A stretch of 62,898 nt of DNA, filler included, from Bipalium vagum (Eukaryota): NCBI GenBank assembly GCA_037834085.1. It is 3 parts of 3 records of this genome, joined end to end, with 100 filler letters (N's around TTAATTAATTAA, not from the genome) between each part and the next. Parts side by side here need not be neighbours in the genome. Positions count along the whole stretch, not along the records: positions 38,323 to 62,898 come from JBBMKC010199830.1; 2 more parts are not named here. One strand, given 5' to 3'. How positions within the stretch are numbered: position 1 is the first letter of the stretch; every line of letters begins with the position of its first letter. The position numbers and the translations under genes were made by a program. Positions 62,801 to 62,898 of the stretch are shown in pieces. Below the pieces are notes generated by a model. That model ran no database searches and had not been told where the DNA came from. It saw only the letters and a list, made by a program, of their open reading frames with translations.

Positions 62801-62898
62801 AGGGGTATTCAAAAAAAACCGCGTATTTTTTATATTTATTTATATTAACAAATATTTACAAATATTGACCACCACATTTAATAATACTGTCCAGATCG

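Noticed and set aside
1-62898. CRISPR arrays, rRNA, operons or telomeric repeats
   Set aside because: None seen; the sequence is intron-containing eukaryotic DNA with no regularly spaced repeat-spacer array.

Overview
Very AT-rich (roughly 20-25% GC by eye) eukaryotic, metazoan-type genomic DNA. Two artificial 100-nt linkers (44 N + TTAATTAATTAA + 44 N, at 16399-16498 and 38223-38322) split it into three contigs, so adjacency across them is not evidence. Contig 1 carries a spliced N-BAR + RhoGAP gene (RICH/ARHGAP17/44/SH3BP1 family, about 11 exons, 2472-~15158). Upstream of it lie a Maverick-like pPolB fragment, a highly structured LTR-like segment and a decayed Penelope-like endonuclease. 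Contig 2 carries three catalytic-domain exons of a PDE4-type phosphodiesterase. Most remaining recognisable sequence is decayed DNA transposons (mariner DD34D, Tc1, rosa DD41D, maT, pogo/Tigger, Merlin, probable MULE, MITEs); none has an intact transposase. The best leads are a Penelope-type hammerhead ribozyme core inside a ~90-bp-arm foldback (58241-58433), a multi-hairpin LTR-like RNA (745-962), a tRNA-Ala-like unit in an extended hairpin (38928-39057), and adjacent DD41D and DD34D elements with near-identical terminal 17 bp. Short introns, divergent proteins and composition suggest a fast-evolving parasite such as a myxozoan (inference only). All protein family calls come from manual translation and recalled motifs; no search was run. 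I cannot claim a confirmed new system.
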